Positions 1 through 9,632 of a stretch of DNA of 64,000 bases are shown here, one piece after another. A program made the translations under genes and the position numbers. The notes below the pieces were generated by a model. The model did not search any database and had not been told where the DNA came from. It worked only from the letters and a program-made list of their open reading frames with translations. The stretch is taken from NCBI GenBank assembly GCA_035285865.1, contig JAYKHS010000007.1, positions 45,240 to 109,239 of the forward strand, given 5' to 3'. Origin of the DNA: Candidatus Sericytochromatia bacterium (GTDB lineage: Bacteria; Cyanobacteriota; Sericytochromatia; S15B-MN24; VGJW01). Within the stretch, counting starts at the first letter, position 1. Every line of letters starts with the position of its first letter.

Positions 1-70
1 GGTGCTCTCCGCATCCCGTGAGGACGCCGAACGACGCCGGGCAACGGGCTTGCCGGGGGATGATCGGTAG

Positions 71-1981
71 ATGGACCTCACGGAAGTCCTGGTGGTCGTC
101 TTCGCCTCGGCCATCGCCGGCCGGCTGGTCGACTTTTCTGCCGTCTGGTTCCTGTTCCACCCCTATCGCAAGGTCAACCTGCCCCTGATCCGGGAGCTGG
201 GTGTCCTGCCGAGACGTCAGGAAGCCCTCGCCGACCAGGTCGCCCTGCTCATCGAAGAGCGTCTGATCACCCGGGAACGCATCTCGGCCTATCTGGAATC
301 CGGCGAAATCGCGACCAAGGTCCAGGGCTCCGTGCGTGCCATCCTGCACGACGTCCTGACCACGCCTCATCCTTCGGTGCGGGACATGCTGCAGCGGCAC
401 CTGGGCGAGGCCGTCGACGTCGATGCCGAGATTGCCATGCTCTCGGAACGTGCAGCCGAAGCCCTCGCCGGGTTGCTCGCCCGACCGGGCTTCCGTGCGC
501 GCCTGACCAACCTCGCGGAGGACCTGCTGCGTCAGTGGGGACCGCGGACGCTCGACGAGTCCTTGCCTCCCGACCTTGCCGACCGCATCATCCACCATCT
601 CTCGGGTCGGTTCGTGGAGTGGACCGACAACGCGGACGGCGAGGCCAGGCGCCTCGACGCGTGGCTTGCCTCACTGGGCCCATTGCCGGATCTGGTCCCC
701 CAGGAGACGCTGGACCTGATCCAGGAGCGCCTGAAGGATCGCCTGCCGGACCTTGCCCGCATCCTCGAGGACGTCCTGCAGGAGCCTCGGGTCAAGGCGT
801 TCCTGAGAACCTATCTGGTCGAGGTCGTCGACCGGCTGGTGGCCACCAGCCCGAATCTGTTTTCCGTCGAGGGTCTGCTCGGCGCGTGGAGGCAGCTTTT
901 CCCCGAGGACTTCGCCAAGCGCCTCGACCAATTCGTCGACGACACCCTGCCCCGGCTGCGCAAGGCCCTCGAGAATCCGGACACGCTGGCCTTCGTGCGT
1001 GCCCGCATCGACCGGGCCTTCGCGGAGGCGCGCGTGACGCCGGTAGGCGCTTGGTACGGCCGTCTCGGCGATCGTGGCCGCGCAGAACTGGTCACGGCGG
1101 TGGCCACCCTGCTGCGCAGTCCCATAGCCCTCGCCGTGGCCACGGAGCTTGCCAGACTCGGTGTCCAGCGTCTGCTGGCCACGCCCATCGAACGCTTCCT
1201 GCCGGCGTCATGGCGCGAGGCTGACCCCGTCGGCCGCCGTCTGGCCGAGTTGGAAGAAGTCCCGATCGAGGACTGGCCGGAGGTGCTTCTGCCCCGCCTT
1301 CAGGAACTGCTCACCGGGCAGGAGTTGACGGACGGGTTGCTGGCGGCGGCCACCAACGGAGATGGGCGAAGCCTCGCTGCCTGGCTGCGTGCCCACGTGC
1401 CCGAGGAGACCGATGCAGGGCGCGAGTGCGCTGCCTATGCCGCCGCCCTCGAAACCGGCACGAACCGACCCGAGGGGCATGCGACCCCCCTTCGCGTGGC
1501 GGTGGATCGCGCGTGTGCGATGGCTGCGGAGCCCGCGGCCCAGGCCACCCTCAGGCGCTGGGTGGCCCGGGGCATCGAGGCCCTGGCGGGCCTGCCCGTG
1601 GGTCGGCCCGCGGACTGGCTCGACGAAGCGCGGGCCGAGCGTCTGGAATCCCTGCTGGTGACCCAGGTGCAGGGCCTCCTCCGCAGCCAGGCCCACCGGG
1701 TGGCAGAAACCCTGGACTTCAAGGACATGGTGCGGGCCGGCATCATGCGCGCTGAACCTGCGGCCATCGAGGACGTCGTCAAGCGTCGCCTCGCCCGTCG
1801 GGAGTTCAACACGATCTTCCTCATCGGCCTGATCTTCGGCGGTGGCGTGGGGTTGGCCGCGACGCTGCTCTTCAGGCAGGTCGCCGTCTGGTCCGTCTCG
1901 CTCGGCTGGAGCGGTGCGGCAGGTGTGGCGGCAGCAGGCGTGGGCATGGTGCTTGTGATGCTGAGGTTCGTCCGGGTATGA
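71..1981 (+). CDS. DUF445 (YheB-like) family membrane protein
   Basis: N-terminal TM followed by WFLFHPY...GVLPRRQEALA, long helical middle, C-terminal 'I..IGLIFGGGVGL' TM; typical DUF445 layout. Confidence 0.75.
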   Translation: MDLTEVLVVVFASAIAGRLVDFSAVWFLFHPYRKVNLPLIRELGVLPRRQEALADQVALLIEERLITRERISAYLESGEIATKVQGSVRAILHDVLTTPHPSVRDMLQRHLGEAVDVDAEIAMLSERAAEALAGLLARPGFRARLTNLAEDLLRQWGPRTLDESLPPDLADRIIHHLSGRFVEWTDNADGEARRLDAWLASLGPLPDLVPQETLDLIQERLKDRLPDLARILEDVLQEPRVKAFLRTYLVEVVDRLVATSPNLFSVEGLLGAWRQLFPEDFAKRLDQFVDDTLPRLRKALENPDTLAFVRARIDRAFAEARVTPVGAWYGRLGDRGRAELVTAVATLLRSPIALAVATELARLGVQRLLATPIERFLPASWREADPVGRRLAELEEVPIEDWPEVLLPRLQELLTGQELTDGLLAAATNGDGRSLAAWLRAHVPEETDAGRECAAYAAALETGTNRPEGHATPLRVAVDRACAMAAEPAAQATLRRWVARGIEALAGLPVGRPADWLDEARAERLESLLVTQVQGLLRSQAHRVAETLDFKDMVRAGIMRAEPAAIEDVVKRRLARREFNTIFLIGLIFGGGVGLAATLLFRQVAVWSVSLGWSGAAGVAAAGVGMVLVMLRFVRV

Positions 1982-2619
1982 ACGCGACCGTCCGTCGGAT
2001 CGCGACCCTGCTGCTTGCCGTCCTGGTCCCACTCGGTCCGGTCGCGGGTCCCGCTGGGGCCGCGGGCGTCGTCACGATCGAGGATGCGGAAGGTCGCTTG
2101 CTGTGGGGCAAGGGCGTCGAGGGGCATACTCCTTGGTCCGAACGCAGCGTCTGGGTCGAGGGGGAGTGGATCTGGAGCGCCGCCCCCATCGATGCTCCGG
2201 ACCCGCAGCAGCTCCGCTTCGCGTTGCCAAAACTACAGGACAACATCTTGAAACTTAGCGACCTGTTTTTATATCAACAAATGAAGTCAGGCAACAAAGA
2301 TACAATGGTCAAGGAGCAGGAGGCCCTGCGCCTGAGGCTCCGGCGTCACTTCGACGAAGGGGCTGTGCGTGCGGTCCGCTACGCCGGCGGCCCCGGCGCG
2401 TGGCAAGTCCAGGTCGCCTACGAGCTCCCGGCCTTCGAATCGGCGATTGGCTTCCGCGCGTTCTCCGAGGCCCCGCGCCCGGTGGAACCGACCCAGCTCG
2501 AGAAGGTCGTGGCGGGAGAGCGCTGGTGGAACAGGGCGTGGGACATGGCGTGGCTGGCCACGATGGGCCTGGCCGTCACGGTGGCGGTCCTGCTTGTGGA
2601 CGCCACCACGCGGCGCTGA
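1978..2619 (+). CDS. hypothetical exported protein with C-terminal membrane anchor
   Basis: ATGA overlap with upstream gene, signal-peptide-like N-terminus, hydrophobic C-terminal helix. Confidence 0.6.
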   Translation: MNATVRRIATLLLAVLVPLGPVAGPAGAAGVVTIEDAEGRLLWGKGVEGHTPWSERSVWVEGEWIWSAAPIDAPDPQQLRFALPKLQDNILKLSDLFLYQQMKSGNKDTMVKEQEALRLRLRRHFDEGAVRAVRYAGGPGAWQVQVAYELPAFESAIGFRAFSEAPRPVEPTQLEKVVAGERWWNRAWDMAWLATMGLAVTVAVLLVDATTRR

Positions 2620-2627
2620 TACCCGGA

Positions 2628-3719
2628 TCAGGGTGCAGGTGCCGGCTGGAAGGTCCCGTCCAGGATCTGCGCGCGCCAGCGTTCGACACGACGCTGCAGA
2701 TGCCGCAGGTTGTGGATGGACAGCAGCGTGTGGGCCAGCCACTCTCCGGCGCGGACAAGGTGATGCAGGTAGCGACGGTCGAACCTGGCACACGTCATGC
2801 AGTCGCAATCCGAGTCGATGGGCAAGGCATCCTCCGCGAACCGCGCGGCCTTGATGTGGAAGCGGCTCTCTCCGGACCAGACCGTACCGTGCCGCGCCAT
2901 CCGCGTGGGATGCACGCAATCGGCCATGTCGATGCCGTGGGTGATGGCGAGATGAAGATCCTCGGGCGTGCCGATGCCCATCAGGTACCGTGGTTTGGTC
3001 GCCGGGAGCAACGGGGTCGTGACGGCAAGCGTCGCCGCCATGTCGGCCCGGGACTCTCCGACCGAGAGCCCACCCACGGCATATCCGGGAAAATCCATCG
3101 GCACGAGTGCCTCGGCCGACCGACGCCGCTCGGCGGGATCGATGCCGCCCTGCACGATGCCGAAGAGCGCCTGATCCGGACGATCGTGGACGGCAAGGCA
3201 GCGCTCGGCCCACCGCGTCGTTCGATCGACGGCGCGGCGAACCTCGGCCGGATGGGCCGGTAGCCGGATACACTCGTCGAAAGCCATCGCGATGTCCGCT
3301 CCGAGATCCATCTGGATCCGCATCGAGGTTTCGGGGTCCATGAACCATCGCGAGCCGTCGATGGGGCTGCGGAAGCGGACGCCCTCGTCGCTGATCGAGC
3401 GCAGCGCCGCCAGAGAGAAGACCTGAAAGCCGCCGGAGTCCGTCAGCATCGCCCGGGGCCAGCGCATGAAAGCATGCAGACCGCCGGCCCGCGCGACGCG
3501 CTCGGAACCCGGACGCAGCATGCAGTGGAAGGCGTTGGCAAGGACGATGCCCGCTCCGGTATCGGCCACCTGCTCCGGCAGCAGGGTCTTGACCGTCGCC
3601 TGGGTGCCCACGGGCATGAAGGTGGGCGTCGGAATGTCCCCGTGGGGAGTATGCAGGATGCCCGCACGCGCCGACCCGACCTGGGCCAGCACCGTCATGC
3701 GGACGGGTGGCTGAGTCAT
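2628..3719 (-). CDS. tgt: tRNA-guanine(34) transglycosylase
   Basis: TPTFMPVGT, TDSGGFQVFSL, DEC, GIVQGG, GGLSVGE, RYLMG, Zn site CDCMTC...HN. Confidence 0.97.
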   Translation of the reverse strand: MTQPPVRMTVLAQVGSARAGILHTPHGDIPTPTFMPVGTQATVKTLLPEQVADTGAGIVLANAFHCMLRPGSERVARAGGLHAFMRWPRAMLTDSGGFQVFSLAALRSISDEGVRFRSPIDGSRWFMDPETSMRIQMDLGADIAMAFDECIRLPAHPAEVRRAVDRTTRWAERCLAVHDRPDQALFGIVQGGIDPAERRRSAEALVPMDFPGYAVGGLSVGESRADMAATLAVTTPLLPATKPRYLMGIGTPEDLHLAITHGIDMADCVHPTRMARHGTVWSGESRFHIKAARFAEDALPIDSDCDCMTCARFDRRYLHHLVRAGEWLAHTLLSIHNLRHLQRRVERWRAQILDGTFQPAPAP

Positions 3720-3889
3720 CGACCGACTCCCATCGGCCGCGGCGCACCGGGAAGCGAAGCCGGCGTCGGCGTCGGCGTCGGAGCCAGCGTCGGGTCCCCG
3801 AGGACGAAGCCGGGAAACTCACATGCCGCGAGCGACACCGCGACGACACACAGCAAAGCTGCCGCCATCGACCTGCTCAAGGTTGCCAA
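3716..3889 (-). CDS. small (57 aa) lipoprotein, absent from ORF track
   Basis: Hand translation MATLSRSMAAALLCVVAVSLAACEFPGFVLGDPTLAPTPTPTPASLPGAPRPMGVGR*; lipobox LAA-C; GGAG upstream of TTG 3889 (alternative ATG 3868); TGA overlaps the tgt ATG. Confidence 0.7.
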   Translation of the reverse strand: MATLSRSMAAALLCVVAVSLAACEFPGFVLGDPTLAPTPTPTPASLPGAPRPMGVGR

Positions 3890-6831
3890 GCCCGGACTCC
3901 TTCCCGCGTCGCGAGGCGACGTGCCTCGACGACAGCCCCCGCACGCCGGAGGCGCTCCAAGGGGTCTCCCACCATGGTGCCATCCACAGGCGACAAGCGC
4001 ATGGCATCCGGATCAATCTCCTGCCACAACCGCAGGCTGCGGGCCTGCTCGAGGAAGGCACCCAGGCGCCCGTGCCAGATGGTCGCCACGGTGGCCTCCC
4101 GAGCTGCCAACGCGTGGTCGCCGTGATGCCAGGCCCATCGGGCGCGCGCACGACGGGCCAGGGCCTCCTGACGGCGGTCCCCGGCCGCGAGGGCCAGCCG
4201 CAGGGATTCGTCCAGCGTGGTGCCGGCACCGGCCATGTCGCCATCGAAGGCAAGGGCGATGGCGCGGAGCCGCATGTAGTCGCTCCACGGGGCGCCGACC
4301 GCCATCTTCCTCAGGAGCACGGCGGCCCGCTCGAGCGCAGGTTCGGCTTCCTCGACCCGAGGTTCCGTGAGCGCCGCACGGACCTGCAGCAACGCGAGAC
4401 AAACCGCCGTCAGCGGGTCGCCGGCCAGCACCGCACGCCGTTCCCAGTCCGCCACGAGCGGACGAATGGTGTCCCACTCACCGAGTTCGAGGCGTACCAC
4501 GCCCATGTTGAGCTCCATCGCCAGCCACCGGCGGGTCGCCGACTCCTGCAGGTAGAGCCGGCGACATCGATCGAGGGCGCGCGCCGCCGCACGCAGATCC
4601 CCGCGCGCGTGCAGGATCGTGCCGAGGTTATGCCACGCATCGCCCTCGCCCAGGCGATCCCCCAGTGCCTGCCGCAGGACCAGCGCCTTCATCGCGTGGC
4701 GACGTGCGGAACCGACGTGGCCCACGAGGCGCTCGTGCACGGCCAGGTCGTGCTGCAGGCGCGCAAGCAGGGCATCGCGCGCCGGTCCAGCCGGCTGCAT
4801 CCTTACGCGGTGGAGAACGCTCCGGGTCCGCTGACGCGCCTCTCTCCAACGCCCGAGACGCATTGCGAACCAAGCCCGCTCGGCAGCGACCCGGTCGGCC
4901 TGCGCACCGGGAGCGAGGCGATCCTGGATGCGCTCCAGCAAGGCAATGCCGAGGCCATACTCACCCAAGGCATCCATCACCCGCAAGACGGCCAACAACA
5001 ACTCCATGTCGGGCGGATCGGCTTCGAGCAGGGGCAAGATACGGGGCCACTCGCTGACGACCGACGGCGCCTCGCCCGCCGCCAGGCGGACGCGAAGCCA
5101 GAGGGCCCAGTCCCGGGCGTCCTGTGGCGGGCCCGAGCGCTCGAAAAAGACCAGCGCCTCCCGAGGGCCACCGGCATCCAGCGCCTCGCGGGCCGCATCC
5201 AGCCAGGCCACGCGAGCCTCCTCGGAATAGCCCGCAGCCGCCCACTGGCGGGCACGCCACGACGGCGGCAGCAACGCCATGGCAGAGCACGCTGCCACCC
5301 GGGCATGCCGTTGGCGACGCTCGGGTTCGAGCATCTGGCCGTACAGGGCCTCCTGAAGCAGGGCGTCAGCAAAGCCCCATTCGTCATCACCGCAAGGGCG
5401 AATGATGCCATGCGCGGCCAGGCGGGCTGCGGCACCCTGCTCCTCGGGCCGCAGGAGCGCATCCCAGAGCGGGCGCGGCCAGCGCGGCCCGAGCACGGCG
5501 GCAAGCAGGGCAACCTCCCGCACCGCTCCGGGCAGATGATCCAGACGGGCCTGCATCAGGCCATGGAGGCCCGGGGGGGACTCTCCACCCCCGGCCTGCA
5601 ACAGCTCGCGAAGATGCAGCGGATTGCCCGAGGCCCTGCGGACCACGCTGCGGAACGCCTGAAGCTCATCCGGCGTGACCCGAGCGACCTCCACGCCGGT
5701 CCACAGGCGCAGCAGGTGCAAGGCTTCAGCGTCACTCAGGCCCGCCAGTTCCACGCGCTCCGCTTCGAAGCCGGCGAGGCCCTTCGGGTCCCTGCCGGCG
5801 AGTACGACAAGGTCCTGCCCGGCCCTCCGTACAAGGGCAGCTGCCAGGACACGCTGCGTCCATGCATCCATCCACTGCACGTCATCGAGCAGCCAGACCA
5901 CGGGGTCCATCCCGGCAGCACCAGCGACCCGGGCTTCGCCATCCTTGGCACCGGGTGCCGGACAGGGGGACCCGGGAGCAAGCAATGGCCAAAGTCGACC
6001 GAGATAGGCCCCGGGCTCCTCCGCACGGTGTGCCGCCATGCCCGCACGGATGATTCTCACGCCCGGCGACCGCCGCGCAAGGGAGTGCAGCCGGGCCAGC
6101 AGGGCTGTCTTGCCGATCCCTGCAGGCCCATGAAGCAAGATCGCCCGGGGGTACCCTCGGCCGTCCAACAGAGCGGTGAAGCGATCCAGGAGCTCGGTGC
6201 GGCCGACGAAGGGACCGCGATGTCCCCAGCCGGCGCTCTCCGGCCGGACACCGAGTACCCTGTGGCAGGCGACAGGCTCGGGAAATCCCTTGAGAACGGC
6301 CGGTTCCAGCGGCAGGAAAGCGAAGCGCCGGCGCGCCATGCGCCGGGTCACGTCGCACGCGAGGATCGAACCGGGCGCGGCATGGGTCTCGAGGCGCTTG
6401 GCAAGGTTGACCGTCGCCCCGAGCACCGTCCACGTGCCCTCGCCCCCCGCCCGGACCGGCCCCGACACGACGTGACCGGTGGCGAGGCCGACCCGCATGG
6501 CCACCGCGCGCGCGACATGCGGGTGCGCAGGCAGCGCCGCCAGCGCGGCCTGCATCGCCACCGCGGCCTGCACGGCCCGGGCTGCGTCGTCTTCGTGCCC
6601 GACGGGGTCCCCGAAACAGGCCAGCAGACCGTCCCCGAGAAAGCGATCCACCCTCCCCCCGGCAGCCTCGACGGGGGGCACGATCGCACCCAGGACGGCA
6701 TCGAGCAGTTCCAGCAACGCCTCCGGCTCGAGTTGCCGGGCGAGACCGGAGAAGTCGACAAGATCCGCGAACATCACGGTCATCCAACGTCGCCGGCCCT
6801 GCGACCAGAGCGGCAAGGACTCGGTCATCAC
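3877..6831 (-). CDS. class III adenylate/guanylate cyclase fused to AAA (STAND-type) ATPase and TPR repeats
   Basis: VMFADLVDFS, RFLGDGLLACFG, GATVNLAKRLE cyclase motifs; Walker A GPAGIGKT, Walker B LLDDVQWMD, GNPL; TPR-like C-terminus (AWHNLG). Confidence 0.9.
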   Translation of the reverse strand: MMTESLPLWSQGRRRWMTVMFADLVDFSGLARQLEPEALLELLDAVLGAIVPPVEAAGGRVDRFLGDGLLACFGDPVGHEDDAARAVQAAVAMQAALAALPAHPHVARAVAMRVGLATGHVVSGPVRAGGEGTWTVLGATVNLAKRLETHAAPGSILACDVTRRMARRRFAFLPLEPAVLKGFPEPVACHRVLGVRPESAGWGHRGPFVGRTELLDRFTALLDGRGYPRAILLHGPAGIGKTALLARLHSLARRSPGVRIIRAGMAAHRAEEPGAYLGRLWPLLAPGSPCPAPGAKDGEARVAGAAGMDPVVWLLDDVQWMDAWTQRVLAAALVRRAGQDLVVLAGRDPKGLAGFEAERVELAGLSDAEALHLLRLWTGVEVARVTPDELQAFRSVVRRASGNPLHLRELLQAGGGESPPGLHGLMQARLDHLPGAVREVALLAAVLGPRWPRPLWDALLRPEEQGAAARLAAHGIIRPCGDDEWGFADALLQEALYGQMLEPERRQRHARVAACSAMALLPPSWRARQWAAAGYSEEARVAWLDAAREALDAGGPREALVFFERSGPPQDARDWALWLRVRLAAGEAPSVVSEWPRILPLLEADPPDMELLLAVLRVMDALGEYGLGIALLERIQDRLAPGAQADRVAAERAWFAMRLGRWREARQRTRSVLHRVRMQPAGPARDALLARLQHDLAVHERLVGHVGSARRHAMKALVLRQALGDRLGEGDAWHNLGTILHARGDLRAAARALDRCRRLYLQESATRRWLAMELNMGVVRLELGEWDTIRPLVADWERRAVLAGDPLTAVCLALLQVRAALTEPRVEEAEPALERAAVLLRKMAVGAPWSDYMRLRAIALAFDGDMAGAGTTLDESLRLALAAGDRRQEALARRARARWAWHHGDHALAAREATVATIWHGRLGAFLEQARSLRLWQEIDPDAMRLSPVDGTMVGDPLERLRRAGAVVEARRLATREGVRAWQP

Positions 6832-6873
6832 ATGCCCCCCGGCAGCGATCCTGCTACGGGCGGGCGAGCACGC

Positions 6874-7689
6874 CTAGCGCGGCACGGACGACGACGGTTG
6901 GCCGGAGGTGCCACGCGCGACCAGCGCGCGCACCTTGGCCGCATCCGTCCGGCCGTCCGCACCCTTGAGCGCGGAGGCCACGATGGCGCCGGAGGCACAG
7001 GCCATGAATCCGGGCAGGGATTCGAGGGTCAGTCCGGACCCCACCAGCAGGGGCACGTCGGGCAGCACGGCTGCCACGCGCCGGAAGTCTTCCGGATTGG
7101 CTGGCAGACCGGTACCTGCCCCCGACAGGATCAAGGCATCCGCTCCACCGCGAAGGACGGCGTCGCGCGCCTGATCCTCGAGGCCGTAAGGAGCCAGCGG
7201 CACGGCATGCTTGACCGCCACGTCAGCGAACAGCGCGACATCGGTGCTGAGGGTACGCCGCAGTTGGGCCAGTTCCCACGCTTCGCCCTGGATGATCCCC
7301 TGATCGGCGAGCACGGCGCCGACGAGGACGTTAACGCGGATGAAGTCGGCCCCGACGGCATGGGCAACGGACAAGGCCGACGCCCCGTCGTTGCGCAGGA
7401 CGTTGATGCCCCAGCGGACTTCGGGAAAGCGGACGCGCAGGCGCTCGGCCAGCACGGTCATCGCCGCGACGGTGGCCGCGGAAACCCGACCCCGCACGAA
7501 GGGCCGATCCCCGTAGTTCTCGAGGACCAGAAGCCGCATGCCCCCAGCCACATAGGCTGCCACCTCGGACTCGGCATGTGCGAGAACGTGCTCGAGGCTT
7601 TCGGCAGCATCGGGCGCCCCGGGCAGGGGCAAGAGATGCACGACTCCCACCAGCGGCCAGTTACCGCCCGACAGCCAGTCCGGCCTCAT
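6874..7689 (-). CDS. BtpA/SgcQ family TIM-barrel protein
   Basis: GVVHLLPLPG, ENYGDRPF, GINVLRND, ADVAVKHA, GAGTG, VGSG; start reassigned to ATG 7689 (ATGA overlap). Confidence 0.9.
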   Translation of the reverse strand: MRPDWLSGGNWPLVGVVHLLPLPGAPDAAESLEHVLAHAESEVAAYVAGGMRLLVLENYGDRPFVRGRVSAATVAAMTVLAERLRVRFPEVRWGINVLRNDGASALSVAHAVGADFIRVNVLVGAVLADQGIIQGEAWELAQLRRTLSTDVALFADVAVKHAVPLAPYGLEDQARDAVLRGGADALILSGAGTGLPANPEDFRRVAAVLPDVPLLVGSGLTLESLPGFMACASGAIVASALKGADGRTDAAKVRALVARGTSGQPSSSVPR

Positions 7690-8504
7690 GCGCCCTCTCC
7701 CCTTGGTTCCGGAGCCAGGACCCGCTCGCCGGGAAGCCTGAGTTCGCGTCCATCCTCGTCCAGTTCCACCCTGACGGCGATGTTGGCCGGATCCACTGCG
7801 AGGACGATGCCCTTGCCATGGGGTGTGGTGACGGCCGCACCGACCATCGGCAACTCCTGACGCACCTCGAGGACCATCTGATGCTCGTAGGAGAGGCAAC
7901 ATTTCAGGCGGCCGCACATGCCGCTGTTTTTCGAGGGATTGGCGGGCAGGTTCTGGTCCTTGGCCATCTTGACGGTGATGGGCATGAAGGTCTTGAGAAA
8001 GGTGCTGCAACACAGTTCCTTGCCACACGCCCCGACACCGCCCAGCAGCCTCGCCTCGTCCCGCACGCCGATCTGGCGCAGTTCGATGCGTGTCCTGCGA
8101 AACAGCCCCGTCAGATCCCGCAGCAACTCCCGGAAATCGACGCGACCCTCCGCCGTGTAGTGGAAGGTCAGCCGGACGAAGTCGAAGGTGTAGACGGCAT
8201 CCACCAGGTCCATGCCCAGCCCGTGGGCCGCGACTCGCTCCGCACAGGCCTTCAGGGCCTTGGCTTCCTCGCGCCACTTGGTCTCCAGCTGAAGCCGATC
8301 CGCCTGCGTCGCGACGCGCAACAGCGGCACCGCCGGTCCGTCCACGCGCACTTCGGCGACGGAATCGGGCAACAGCAGTACCGGACCGCACTCAAGGCCC
8401 CGATCCGTCTCGTAGACCACGAAGGTCCCGGTGACGAGGTCGCCTTCGACGCCGTCGAGAGGACGGAGATCGCCTGGGCGAAGGCGGACGGCGGGCACGG
8501 GCAT
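7686..8504 (-). CDS. ricT: PSP1-domain regulatory iron-sulfur protein (RicT/YaaT)
   Basis: YTAEGRVDFRELLRDL, RIELRQIGVRDEA, GACGKELCC, SGMCGRLKCCLSYE; GGAG before ATG 8504; directly downstream of holB as in many bacteria. Confidence 0.9.
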   Translation of the reverse strand: MPVPAVRLRPGDLRPLDGVEGDLVTGTFVVYETDRGLECGPVLLLPDSVAEVRVDGPAVPLLRVATQADRLQLETKWREEAKALKACAERVAAHGLGMDLVDAVYTFDFVRLTFHYTAEGRVDFRELLRDLTGLFRRTRIELRQIGVRDEARLLGGVGACGKELCCSTFLKTFMPITVKMAKDQNLPANPSKNSGMCGRLKCCLSYEHQMVLEVRQELPMVGAAVTTPHGKGIVLAVDPANIAVRVELDEDGRELRLPGERVLAPEPRGEGA

Positions 8505-8515
8505 CTGCAGACTCC

Positions 8516-9622
8516 TCAGGCCAACCGGGCGAGGCCGTGCGCACCCGCCATCCACGCGTTCGGAGCCTGGACACCTGCCTCGAGACGCCGACGCACCTCG
8601 AGCAGCAGGGACAGCCTCTCCATGACGCCGTCCGCGCCACCGCAGGCCTCGATCACCGGACCGCAGTCTGCCGCATCGTCCGAGCGCGGGACCTGGCCCG
8701 TCCGGGCCCACCACCAAGCCTCGGCCACCCGATCGATCATCGTGTCGACCAGCCGCAGATGCACCTCGAGGACGTCCTGCGGGGCCTTGACCTCACACTT
8801 GTCCGGCCATGTCCTGATGGCTTCGAGTGCCGCGATGCGTCGGACGGGATCCCGCTCGAGCAACCAGGGCCGCGCGATGTCCCGCCACTCGTCCCCGGGA
8901 GGCCCGGGCTGACCGTCCTTCCGCTTGGAAGGGGGCTGGGCCAGGGCGTGCGCCACGCCCGGCCTGCCGGCCGAGACCCGCACGGCACGGGAACGAAGGG
9001 GGCTTTCGCCGACATTGTCCGCATCCAGCCACGTCCGGATACGCGCATCCGGGACAGGCCCGAACGTCACGCGACGACAGCGGGAGACGACGGTGGGCAG
9101 GATATCCGAAAGGGCAGACCCCAGCAGGATGATCACGGAAGGCCCGGGAGGTTCCTCGAGCACGACCAGCATCGAGTTGATCGCGGGGATGCTCATGCCG
9201 TCGATGCGCACGACATGGACCTGAAGCCTGCCTCGGAGCGGAGCCAGCTGCGCGCGACCCTTCAGGGTGTCCTGCGGGCCATCGACCAGCTTGGAGCCCG
9301 TCGAGGAAGACGGGGATATCTGTTCGATCGAGACGCCCTTGCGTCCGCCCAGCGGGAGATAGAAATGCAGATCGGGATGGTTCCCGTTGTCTGTCAACCG
9401 GCAGCTCTGGCACCTGTCCGGTTGCCGCGGGGCGCAGGGCGTGGCCGTCCCCAACCGATCACACAGCAGGGCCGCGGCCCAGCGCCGAGCCGTCGTGAGC
9501 TTGCCGGCACCCCGCGCACCTACGAAGAGCCAAGCATGATGGGGTTGTGACAGCGAACGATCCAGTTCGTCGAGAACCGTCTCGTCCACGAGCAGGCCCT
9601 CGGCCCACGGGGGGGTCGGCAC
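8516..9622 (-). CDS. holB: DNA polymerase III subunit delta'
   Basis: HAWLFVGARGAGK, Zn cysteines C..C..CQSC, NHPD, LEEPP, LPTVVSRC. Confidence 0.85.
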   Translation of the reverse strand: MPTPPWAEGLLVDETVLDELDRSLSQPHHAWLFVGARGAGKLTTARRWAAALLCDRLGTATPCAPRQPDRCQSCRLTDNGNHPDLHFYLPLGGRKGVSIEQISPSSSTGSKLVDGPQDTLKGRAQLAPLRGRLQVHVVRIDGMSIPAINSMLVVLEEPPGPSVIILLGSALSDILPTVVSRCRRVTFGPVPDARIRTWLDADNVGESPLRSRAVRVSAGRPGVAHALAQPPSKRKDGQPGPPGDEWRDIARPWLLERDPVRRIAALEAIRTWPDKCEVKAPQDVLEVHLRLVDTMIDRVAEAWWWARTGQVPRSDDAADCGPVIEACGGADGVMERLSLLLEVRRRLEAGVQAPNAWMAGAHGLARLA

Positions 9623-9632
9623 GGCGGCCGTC

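Noticed and set aside
6874-7689. BtpA (and the plastocyanin-like domains) as evidence of photosynthesis
   Set aside because: BtpA/SgcQ and cupredoxins are widespread in non-phototrophs; no photosystem genes are present
3823-7860. 1345-aa + strand ORF and similar long ORFs (17549-20326 minus, 14460-16589 minus, 41331-43586 plus, 59465-61294 minus)
   Set aside because: Antisense shadows of well-supported genes; stop-poor frames are expected at this GC content and they contain no recognisable motifs
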